Positions 8,149 to 15,914 of a stretch of DNA of 64,000 nt are shown here, one piece after another; the first letter of the stretch is position 1, and the number at the start of each line of letters is the position of its first letter. The DNA is from Patescibacteria group bacterium (GTDB lineage Bacteria > Patescibacteriota > Patescibacteriia > UBA9570 > JAHJKD01). The position numbers were made by a program, and so were the translations under genes. Location: NCBI GenBank assembly GCA_041660885.1, contig JBAZVM010000008.1:7537-71536 (forward strand), given 5' to 3'. The notes beneath the pieces are model-generated. The model was not told where the DNA came from. It saw only the letters and a list, made by a program, of their open reading frames with translations, and did not search any database.

Positions 8149-10404
8149 TTATTCATAAGCCATGAACGAATCGGTCCAGGTTGGCCTGTCTGGCGCTTCT
8201 TCCGAATCCATCAGTTCCCACCATTTGCTGTCGGTTAATCTGTCATCCATAGGCCAGCTGAATTCGTAATAAGAATAAACGCCTCCTTTTAATATTTTCA
8301 TCACGCCGTCTACGGGCATTACCACGTAAATATCGGAAATATATCCGGTAGCTTCTTCCTGCACGGAACCGTTCGGGTCCGTGGCGATATCGGAAACCAA
8401 AGCCGAAGGATTGGCGGAAAGGTAGCTATCTTCGCTCAGACCCTGCGCTTCCATCTCGTCTTGATTTATATCGAGCCAGAAATGTTCGATTTGCCCGCCA
8501 TAAGAACGAATCAACTCATATTCATCGTCCGTCAGAGTTTCATTGTTCAGTTCTTTCTCCGAGATGGTTTTTAATTGTAGAACCAGTTCCTGCAGGGTGG
8601 ATAAATTCTCCGAATAATCCGCGCTTAATAAATTTCTGGCTTCCAAGCCTTCTTTGGTCATGGCAAGCAAGCCGGCTAAACGGCTGTATACATAAACGTT
8701 AGGCTCCACATAACCGCGGTCGTCATCCGTGTAAGTGGGCTCTGGCCCGCCGCCCAATTCGGCGTAAACCTGTTTGGCGTATAAAATCGTATCGTGTTTT
8801 AATTCCGTGTAACTGCCCAGATAACTATTCAGGTCTTTCCTGACCCAAGCTTGATTTTGCATAAATTGCGGATAGCCTTCCCCTTTCTCCTGCGTGAGCG
8901 GTTGTAAGGAATACAGCCAGCCCCAGTATAAATTCTGCGTCCAAGTATCTGTATCTAAACCTTTTATATAAGTAGACATGTTATTCATATTTTCCGTATA
9001 ACATGCATAATCAGTTTCGCCCTGATCATCTAGAATACTTAAAGCTTCATCAGACCCCATGGCCGCGGTAACATCCAAAGCCTTGGGTAAATAGCGCGCT
9101 TGCGACGCGTTCCATTTTTCCACGCCGTCTTCACAAGTGGATTCTTTGTCTCCCACTTCGCGATAAATCAAACGCTGCATTACGGAAGCATCAATGGTAA
9201 AACGCTGGCCCATAAAGCGGAAGCCTTTTATCTCTTCTTCCCTGTTTGGCTGGATAGAGGCGTTATAAATCGGCATGGAATTAATTTGCGGAGGCTCTAA
9301 AGCCTGCATTTCCGTAATCACCTCATCCATTTTGGTTGTATCGCTAATTACTGTGTCTAAATTCGGAGATCCGCCATATACTTTCTTTAATATTTCTTCG
9401 GTCTGGTAATAAGTTATGTCATCGCTTTTCCCCACAAAAAAATTCGTGGGCTCGTATATTTTATCCCAGCTATCTTGATTATTGGCTTTATCCAAAGCCA
9501 TGGTTATTAAAACAGCGGATTTTGTTTCCTCATTTTCTTTCAAGCGAAAAGTCAGGCGGCCATACCACATCATGGTTTTAAAATATGCTTTAAGTTCTTC
9601 ACTTTTATCGTAATGGCCGCGCGGAATATATTGCGTGTAATCTTCCAACAGCTCGCTTCCCCCTCCTTCTATCCATAAAGGTGAAGCTTCAATGCCGGCA
9701 TGAGCATCTATCAGCATTAATTCCGAGTTCATTACATCGGCCACGTAAGACGGCACATCCGCGTTGCTATCCAATAATTTGCTGCCCACGCTGAAGAAAC
9801 CGACATTTCTTTTAGCGGCATTCTCCCATTCTGTATCGCGCAATTCTTCGTATTGAGCCATGGATTCCGCCAGCATTAAAGAGTTCAAATTCTCTAATTC
9901 GGGTATTAATTTATTTTCTTCCAGCTTTTTAAGAAGATCATCAAACATTAAATGATAATTGTGCACGATGGAATCTGTCGTTACGAAATTGGGAATTTTA
10001 TCGTACCGGTTTTCTTCGTAAATGGGAAAAAATTCCGAGCGATAACCAGGCAGCACTATAAAATTATTTTCGGACAACTTTTTTTCCGCGGCCGGAGTAA
10101 GCGTGAAGCGTTCTTTATTCACCACGTTGCTTAAGTTCGCCTCTACTTCATAGGCAGGCACTTGCGGATCAATATCCACTTCCACTTCTTTATACGCGGC
10201 GAATTGCGAAGCCTCGGCTTCTTGCGGCAGAATGCTTTCCGTAACTGTTTCCGTAACTGTTTCCGTTACGGTTTCCACGGTTTTTTCACCTTGGCTAAAA
10301 TAAAAAGCCACGGCCACGGCAGCTAAAATTATAAAGACGATAACTAAAGCCAAAACCACCAAGCCTATGATCAGGCCGATTTTTGCGCTCCCTTTATTTT
10401 TCAT
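8149..10404 (-). CDS. Large membrane-anchored protein, DUF3160-like
   Basis: 751 aa. An N-terminal TM, a (TVTE)n linker, then motifs I associate with DUF3160 (IPNFVTTDSIVHNYHLMFDDLLKKLEE, YIPRGHY, WYGRLTF). The family call is from memory only. Confidence 0.5.
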   Translation of the reverse strand: MKNKGSAKIGLIIGLVVLALVIVFIILAAVAVAFYFSQGEKTVETVTETVTETVTESILPQEAEASQFAAYKEVEVDIDPQVPAYEVEANLSNVVNKERFTLTPAAEKKLSENNFIVLPGYRSEFFPIYEENRYDKIPNFVTTDSIVHNYHLMFDDLLKKLEENKLIPELENLNSLMLAESMAQYEELRDTEWENAAKRNVGFFSVGSKLLDSNADVPSYVADVMNSELMLIDAHAGIEASPLWIEGGGSELLEDYTQYIPRGHYDKSEELKAYFKTMMWYGRLTFRLKENEETKSAVLITMALDKANNQDSWDKIYEPTNFFVGKSDDITYYQTEEILKKVYGGSPNLDTVISDTTKMDEVITEMQALEPPQINSMPIYNASIQPNREEEIKGFRFMGQRFTIDASVMQRLIYREVGDKESTCEDGVEKWNASQARYLPKALDVTAAMGSDEALSILDDQGETDYACYTENMNNMSTYIKGLDTDTWTQNLYWGWLYSLQPLTQEKGEGYPQFMQNQAWVRKDLNSYLGSYTELKHDTILYAKQVYAELGGGPEPTYTDDDRGYVEPNVYVYSRLAGLLAMTKEGLEARNLLSADYSENLSTLQELVLQLKTISEKELNNETLTDDEYELIRSYGGQIEHFWLDINQDEMEAQGLSEDSYLSANPSALVSDIATDPNGSVQEEATGYISDIYVVMPVDGVMKILKGGVYSYYEFSWPMDDRLTDSKWWELMDSEEAPDRPTWTDSFMAYE

Positions 10405-10458
10405 ATTATTTTATTTAAGATTAATAATAGCTATATATTACCAAATATTCTATAAAAA

Positions 10459-10467
10459 TGCTATAAT
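10459..10467 (+). promoter_or_regulatory. Extended -10 promoter TGCTATAAT, 6 nt from the ATG (leaderless-type)
   Basis: The sequence reads aaaaTGCTATAATtttgccATG, with no SD possible in the 6-nt spacer. Confidence 0.45.
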
Positions 10468-10473
10468 TTTGCC

Positions 10474-12399
10474 ATGGAAAATTTATCTTTACGCGCCAAA
10501 ATAGCGTTAATCAGCCTTGGTTTTATTATGGTTATTTGCCCTTGGCTCGGAGGCGGATTACTACCGGACTTCTCTTACCAAATCATTCTTATTCTTACAG
10601 CTTTATCGCTTTTTTTATTCGGCATGGTTTTTATCGTGGAAAAAAAGCCATTTATATCAGAAAAAAAGCCTTTTATATTTATTTTTCTTTTTTTATTTAT
10701 CGCGGCCGGAATAATAAGTTCTATTTTTTCTATTCGTTCATACAACAGTTGGTCGGAGTCTATTATGTGGCTTGCCGGAATCGCTCTTTTTATAATTCTC
10801 TCCCAATTGAATACCGAAGGCATTTTAAAAAAATTTGCTTGGTTTTTTATCAGTATGGGATCCATAGTTTCCGTGGCCGGTTTTATTATTTTTTTTCTTA
10901 ATGATGAATCCAGATTAGAATCGGTTTTGGCCAATCCGAATTTATTATCCGGCTATCTTATTGGTATCTGGCCTATTGTTTTAACTTTATTATTTTTACC
11001 TTCTGCAAAAAAAGTAAAAATTCTGCTCTATATTCTAAACATAATCATAGCAAGCGCTTTTGTTTTAACGGTTTCTTACAGTGCGTGGGCGGCTATTGTG
11101 CCGATTATATTATTCTTGATCATATATTTTAGAAAAAAAATATTCAATATAAAATTCATGGCTTGGGTTTTATTAGCCTGTTTATTGATATTTACTAATG
11201 TTTCCTTATTGCGTTATTACAATACTAATTCTGCCACAGAGGGCGTGGCGGTTTATAAAAGCATTACCAAAACTCACGCCAGTTACAGCGGCAGCCAGCG
11301 CTTAGATTTTTTAAAAAACGGTTTAAATATTTTCACTGAACATCCGCTAACCGGCATCGGGCTTAATAATTTAAAGCTGGCTTACCAAAAAAAACAAACC
11401 AATATCGTGGAAACTCCCCGCTCCACGCACAATAATTATTTGGATATTTCTATTGAAATGGGAATATTAGGCATTATCGGCTTTGGCGGATTTATTTTAT
11501 TTTTATTTATTAAATTTTTAAAATTAAAAAATAATTTATATTGCTTGGGATTATTTTTAGGATGGATGGGTTTATTGATTTACGGGGCCGTGGATTTTGC
11601 CTGGCAAATAAAAATTATTATTGTGCATTTTTTTATTATGTCCGGGTTGTTGTATGGGTGTTATTTGCGGCAAAATAAAAACTCCGTAGTGGCGACTCTA
11701 GAGTCGCCACTACTACGAAATGCATCCCGTAAAATAATAATTTTTATTTTTATAATTTTATCCCTTACATTTTTCGCGCGCGGGGTGCAAATATTTTTAA
11801 ACAATAATAATAAAATTCAAGGCGAACGCTACCAAGAATTAAGTGAATACAGAACCGCGATTAGCTATTATAATCAAGCTTACCGATACGACAAAGATCC
11901 GGATTTATTAGCTAAAATTGGCATTCTGCAATACACGGAAGAAAACTACGCGGAGGCGGAAAAAACCACACTCCTATGGATAGAAAAAAGCCCCCACGAT
12001 CCCTCGGCTTACCAATTGCTCGGGCGAATATTCAAAGCGCAAAATAAATTAGTTGAAGCCAATGAACAATTTAATAAAGCGTTAATCCTGGCCCCTTATA
12101 CGAATTCGGAAATAAAATTGGATTCTATCGAAACAAATTTTATGTTAGGCAATTATAAAATCGTTGTTGATGAAGTAGATCCCTATATTATTATTTATAG
12201 CGTTAACAGGCCGGAGCCGACATGGGAAATAAAAAACAGCATTTCCATAAACTTAACGAAAATGCTGGATTACCAAGGAGACGCTTATTTAGCTTTAGGT
12301 GATAAAGAAAAAGCCAGGGATTCCTGGCAACGAGCTCTGTTGGAGCGGCCTTCTTATTATATCGCCCAGCAAAAAATTGATAAATTAGATAACTTATAA
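10474..12399 (+). CDS. O-antigen ligase/polymerase-like (Wzy_C) polytopic membrane protein with a C-terminal TPR domain
   Basis: 641 aa with about 10-12 TM segments. A loop with HPLTGIGLNNLKLAY...PRSTHNNYLDISIEMG, typical of the O-antigen ligase family. C-terminal TPR-like repeats (YNQAYRYDKDP, YQLLGRIFKAQNKLVEANEQFNKAL). Confidence 0.7.
   Translation: MENLSLRAKIALISLGFIMVICPWLGGGLLPDFSYQIILILTALSLFLFGMVFIVEKKPFISEKKPFIFIFLFLFIAAGIISSIFSIRSYNSWSESIMWLAGIALFIILSQLNTEGILKKFAWFFISMGSIVSVAGFIIFFLNDESRLESVLANPNLLSGYLIGIWPIVLTLLFLPSAKKVKILLYILNIIIASAFVLTVSYSAWAAIVPIILFLIIYFRKKIFNIKFMAWVLLACLLIFTNVSLLRYYNTNSATEGVAVYKSITKTHASYSGSQRLDFLKNGLNIFTEHPLTGIGLNNLKLAYQKKQTNIVETPRSTHNNYLDISIEMGILGIIGFGGFILFLFIKFLKLKNNLYCLGLFLGWMGLLIYGAVDFAWQIKIIIVHFFIMSGLLYGCYLRQNKNSVVATLESPLLRNASRKIIIFIFIILSLTFFARGVQIFLNNNNKIQGERYQELSEYRTAISYYNQAYRYDKDPDLLAKIGILQYTEENYAEAEKTTLLWIEKSPHDPSAYQLLGRIFKAQNKLVEANEQFNKALILAPYTNSEIKLDSIETNFMLGNYKIVVDEVDPYIIIYSVNRPEPTWEIKNSISINLTKMLDYQGDAYLALGDKEKARDSWQRALLERPSYYIAQQKIDKLDNL
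11686..11713. repeat. Perfect 28-nt GC-rich palindrome inside the CDS
   Basis: GTAGTGGCGACTCT|AGAGTCGCCACTAC. It encodes ..VVATLESPLL.. in the linker between the membrane domain and the TPR domain. Confidence 0.9.
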
Positions 12400-12402
12400 T
12401 AA

Positions 12403-12672
12403 TTATTGTTTTATTTTTTGTATCTCACGACAATAAGCAATAATTTTTCGAAATAGTTCTTCGGCAAAATCTTCCTCTATGTTGTTTGCTACGGCTAACT
12501 CCCTAACTTGTTTAATAACAACTTCTTCACGTTTAGCATCAGGCGTGGGAATGTTCATTCTTCCTTTCACGCGGGAAATAGTATAAACCACATCGGTTCT
12601 TTCGGCTACCAATTCTATAATTTTTTTATCAATTATATCTACTTCTTTTCTTAATTTTTCCACTTCGTTCAT
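12403..12672 (-). CDS. Chorismate mutase, AroQ (type II) class, stand-alone
   Basis: 89 aa. LRKEVDIIDKKIIELVAERTDVV...R...P..D..RE..V fits the AroQ helical-bundle pattern. Confidence 0.75.
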   Translation of the reverse strand: MNEVEKLRKEVDIIDKKIIELVAERTDVVYTISRVKGRMNIPTPDAKREEVVIKQVRELAVANNIEEDFAEELFRKIIAYCREIQKIKQ

Positions 12673-12678
12673 ATATTT

Positions 12679-13209
12679 TTATTTAGGTCTGACTTCGTTT
12701 AGCCCTCCTGGACGGCTATCTCGATAGGCCAAATAGGCGGAATTGCGACCCACAGTATCCGCGTATTCTGATATTTCATCAACTAGTTTTTTCAAATACC
12801 TTCTAATAAATACTCTTAACATTTCAGTGGTCATTTTATTGGTATTTTGTATTTTTTTCATGGATTCTATTACCAATTTCATTGTTTCCCATAATTCAAG
12901 CAATGCGGTCATATGCTCGTCGTCTTGATCCAATTCCGAAATTTTTTCTCGTAACATTGGCAAACCATCACGCAATTTATCAAGGGGTTCTTCTAAATCA
13001 ACTATAGCCTCTTTAAAATTTTCAAAGTCATCTTCGGTCAAATCGGGGCCTTTCTCTAAAAAATCATCAGTCATTACTATTAATGGTTGCAAAAAATGAT
13101 TCATACGCAAATCACAAGCACCAATGGCTTCATAAAAATCACTAAAATCCAAAATTTCACCCTCTCTATCTTCAGCGTGCGGTGATGGTACTCTTCCTTC
13201 GTTAACCAT
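12679..13209 (-). CDS. Hypothetical acidic protein
   Basis: 176 aa, ATG start, tightly packed in the operon (6-nt and 12-nt gaps). No motif recognised. Confidence 0.5.
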   Translation of the reverse strand: MVNEGRVPSPHAEDREGEILDFSDFYEAIGACDLRMNHFLQPLIVMTDDFLEKGPDLTEDDFENFKEAIVDLEEPLDKLRDGLPMLREKISELDQDDEHMTALLELWETMKLVIESMKKIQNTNKMTTEMLRVFIRRYLKKLVDEISEYADTVGRNSAYLAYRDSRPGGLNEVRPK

Positions 13210-13221
13210 AATAAATGATGA

Positions 13222-13683
13222 TTATCTTTCGTCCGCTCCGTAGACCCAATCAAAATCCATTTTTTTATATTCGAAAATTTCGTCTTTCTTGAAAAAGCGT
13301 TTAATTTCTTTTTTGGCGGTTTCAGCGGAATCGGAAGCGTGCACGATATTGCATTGCGTGCTCATGGCAAAATCTCCGCGAATGGAACCGGCATCGGCTT
13401 CCCTACCCTTGGTGGGGCCCACGATCAAGCGAATGGCGCTGACCGCTTCCACGCCTTCCAAAGCCATAACCACAACCGGAGAAGCTTGCATGAATTTTTT
13501 TAGGTTCTTGAAAAACGGTTTATCTTTATGATGAGAATAGTGCTCGTCTATTTTTAAATCGTCGATGGCCATCATTTTTAAACCAACCAATTTCAAACCC
13601 TTGCGCTCAAAACGATGGATAATTTCCCCCAATAAATTACGCTGTAAAGCATCAGGCTTTACGATAATCAATGTTCTTTCCAT
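13222..13683 (-). CDS. ndk: Nucleoside diphosphate kinase
   Basis: MERTLIIVKPDA...LVGLK...GPTKG...IRGDFA...NIVHASDS is the canonical Ndk sequence with the active-site His in NIVHAS. Confidence 0.95.
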   Translation of the reverse strand: MERTLIIVKPDALQRNLLGEIIHRFERKGLKLVGLKMMAIDDLKIDEHYSHHKDKPFFKNLKKFMQASPVVVMALEGVEAVSAIRLIVGPTKGREADAGSIRGDFAMSTQCNIVHASDSAETAKKEIKRFFKKDEIFEYKKMDFDWVYGADER

Positions 13684-13684
13684 A

Positions 13685-14059
13685 TTATTTTTTCTTTTTT
13701 AACAATGATTTTACTTTGGAAACGACTTCCGCAGGCGTATGATTGGCTTTAATAAAATAGTCGTCCGCGCCAAGTTCTTTGCCCTTTTTTATGTCTTCGT
13801 CTTGGCCCAAATTGGTTAACATGATCACCGGAGTATTCTGTAAATCTTTATCCGCTTTTATTCTTTTTAAAGTTACGAACCCGTCCATTTTCGGCATGAT
13901 AATATCCAATAAAACCAAATCCGGCTTTTCTTCTTTGGCTTTTTTCAGGCCATCCGAGCCATTATAAGCGGAGATTACTTTATAGCCGTCTTGGCTGAAT
14001 TTTTGCGTATACATGCTATGGAGCATTTCGTCGTCTTCCACTAAGAGAATTTTTGGCAT
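13685..14059 (-). CDS. Stand-alone response-regulator receiver
   Basis: 124 aa: ILLVEDD, LVLLDIIMPKMDGF, VIMLTNL, ADDYFIK. The stop lies 1 nt from the ndk start. Confidence 0.85.
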   Translation of the reverse strand: MPKILLVEDDEMLHSMYTQKFSQDGYKVISAYNGSDGLKKAKEEKPDLVLLDIIMPKMDGFVTLKRIKADKDLQNTPVIMLTNLGQDEDIKKGKELGADDYFIKANHTPAEVVSKVKSLLKKKK

Positions 14060-14094
14060 AATTTATGTAATTATTAATTTTTAAAACCTGCTAT

Positions 14095-14103
14095 ATTATA
14101 GCA
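14095..14103 (-). promoter_or_regulatory. Extended -10 promoter (TGCTATAAT) for the receiver-ndk operon
   Basis: The minus strand reads TGCTATAATATAGCAGG, about 36 nt upstream of ATG 14059. It is part of the near-palindrome TGCTATATTATAGCA, which is also found at 55028-55042. Confidence 0.45.
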
Positions 14104-14124
14104 CATTTAAAAAACACCAGCAAT

Positions 14125-15531
14125 TTAGGCATTTTCAAAGGCATAACCTAAGCGCAGAATATCGCTTTCCCTGAATTGATCCCCGATAATCTGCATACCC
14201 ACTGGCAAACCTTTCACTTCACCAGCCGGTATAGAAAGCGCCGGAACTCCGGCTAAATTTATAGGTGCGGTTAAAATATCCGCCAAATACATGGAAATAG
14301 GATCTTGGCATTTTTCGCCTAATTTAAAAGCGGTGGTTGGCGCGGTTGGGGTAACCAGACAATCAACTTGCTTAAAAACATTCTCAAAATCTTTTCGGAT
14401 AAGCGTGCGCACTTTAGAAGCTTGCCTGTAATAGGCATCGATATATCCGGCGGATAAACTGTAGGCGCCGATCATGATTCTTCTTTTTACTTCATCGCCA
14501 AAGCCTTGGGCGCGTGATTTTTCGTAAACATCGAGCAGTTCTTCCGCGCCGGCGGCTTTAAAGCCGTATTTTATGCCGTCGTACCTGGCCAGATTAGAAC
14601 TGACTTCCGATGGCACAATAATATAATAAACCGGTATGGCGTATTTTGTATGCGGCAGGCTGACTTCCGTAATTTTTGCTCCCAGCTTTTTTATTTTTTC
14701 AATAGCTTGCTCTATCGTTTGTTTCACATCGTTATCTAAACCTTCCACGTAAAAAAATTCTTTTGGTATGCCCACTTTCATGCCTTTGATGCTTTTTTTC
14801 ATATCTTTAATATAATCAGGAACGATAACGTCGGGCGTGGTGCTATCGAATTTATCTTTTCCGGCAATGGCCTGTAATACCAAAGCGGCGTCTTCCACGT
14901 CTTGGGTAATGGGGCCGATAGTGTCTAAAGAAGAAGCCATGGCAATAACTCCGTAGCGCGACACTCTACCATAAGTAACTTTCAAACCAACCAAGCCGCA
15001 AAAGCTGGCGGGCTGGCGGATGGAGCCGCCGGTATCGGTACCCAAAGCAAACACCGCTTGGTTTGAAGCCACGGCGCAAGCCGCGCCTGAAGAAGAACCG
15101 CCGGGTACGCGGGTTTCATCAATAGGATTTTTAGTAGGACCAAAAGCCGAAGACTCGCCGGAAACCCCCATGGCAAATTCATCCATATTGGCTTTGCCCA
15201 GCAACACCGCATCGTTTAATTTATTTACCGCAGTAGCGTTGAAAGGCGGAACATACGGCTCTAATATTTTTGAGCCGGCCGTAGTTCTGATATTTTTCGT
15301 ACAAAAATTATCTTTCAGCGCGTAAGGTATGCCGGTTAAAATATTGCAATCCTCTTCCGCTAATAATTTGTCCGCTTCCTTAGCCGCCTCTAAAGCTTCT
15401 TTTTCTAAAATAGTAATAAAAGCATTAAGATTATTTTTCTTCTTGATATTCTTTAAATATTCTTTGGTCAATTCCAAAGAAGAAATTTCTTTATTGATTA
15501 GCTGATTATGCAATTTTAAAATCTGGCCCAT
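14125..15531 (-). CDS. gatA: Glu-tRNA(Gln)/Asp-tRNA(Asn) amidotransferase subunit A
   Basis: 468 aa with the amidase signature GGSSSGAACAVA...GTDTGGSIRQPASFCG. Overlaps the gatC stop as TAATG. Confidence 0.95.
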   Translation of the reverse strand: MGQILKLHNQLINKEISSLELTKEYLKNIKKKNNLNAFITILEKEALEAAKEADKLLAEEDCNILTGIPYALKDNFCTKNIRTTAGSKILEPYVPPFNATAVNKLNDAVLLGKANMDEFAMGVSGESSAFGPTKNPIDETRVPGGSSSGAACAVASNQAVFALGTDTGGSIRQPASFCGLVGLKVTYGRVSRYGVIAMASSLDTIGPITQDVEDAALVLQAIAGKDKFDSTTPDVIVPDYIKDMKKSIKGMKVGIPKEFFYVEGLDNDVKQTIEQAIEKIKKLGAKITEVSLPHTKYAIPVYYIIVPSEVSSNLARYDGIKYGFKAAGAEELLDVYEKSRAQGFGDEVKRRIMIGAYSLSAGYIDAYYRQASKVRTLIRKDFENVFKQVDCLVTPTAPTTAFKLGEKCQDPISMYLADILTAPINLAGVPALSIPAGEVKGLPVGMQIIGDQFRESDILRLGYAFENA

Positions 15532-15815
15532 TAGAAAATGTTCTTTACTTTTAAATGATTCTCTTCCGTTTCCGGCGCGGAAGATAAAATTTCCTCGCGG
15601 GAAAAATGGTAATCTACTTCATCTGCGCGTTTAATATTTGTAAGCCCGGTTACTTGGCTGGTTTCTTCGATATTTTTCGTGTTTACTTCTTTAAGTTGAG
15701 CAACATAATCTAAAATGGCAGAAAGCTCTTTCTGGTATTTTTTTACCTCGTTTTTAGAAAGCGAAAGACGCACTAATTTAGCGATCTTTTGTACTTCGTT
15801 CTCGGTTAATTTCAT
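15531..15815 (-). CDS. gatC: Glu-tRNA(Gln)/Asp-tRNA(Asn) amidotransferase subunit C
   Basis: 94 aa: VQKIAKLVRLSLSKNEV...ILDYVAQLKEVNT. Size and position directly before gatA also fit. Confidence 0.9.
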   Translation of the reverse strand: MKLTENEVQKIAKLVRLSLSKNEVKKYQKELSAILDYVAQLKEVNTKNIEETSQVTGLTNIKRADEVDYHFSREEILSSAPETEENHLKVKNIF

Positions 15816-15821
15816 GCTATG

Positions 15822-15831
15822 ATTATAAGCA
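15822..15831 (-). promoter_or_regulatory. Candidate -10 (TGCTTATAAT), 6 nt from the gatC ATG (leaderless-type)
   Basis: The minus strand reads tttTGCTTATAATcatagcATG. Confidence 0.4.
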
Positions 15832-15870
15832 AAATACGCGCTTTTGGCAATATTTTCGCCTCTCCCCTAA

Positions 15871-15894
15871 CCCCTCTCCATGTCTGGAGAGGGG
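15871..15894 (-). terminator. GC-rich hairpin between the giant-gene array and gatC (possible terminator, no U-tract)
   Basis: CCCCTCTCCA-tgtc-TGGAGAGGGG, a 10-bp perfect stem 20 nt downstream of the 1690-aa gene stop. Confidence 0.4.
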
Positions 15895-15914
15895 AAATTG
15901 CTGTGGGGATGAAT

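Noticed and set aside
10517-10934. Overlapping ORFs (65, 121 and 119 aa) at the 5' end of the Wzy-like gene, and the 21-nt tandem duplication at 10639-10680 (EKKPFIS/EKKPFIF)
   Set aside because: The alternative frames are low-complexity readings of a T-rich membrane-protein gene. The duplication is a simple in-frame 7-codon tandem repeat within a loop. It was noted but has no evident significance.
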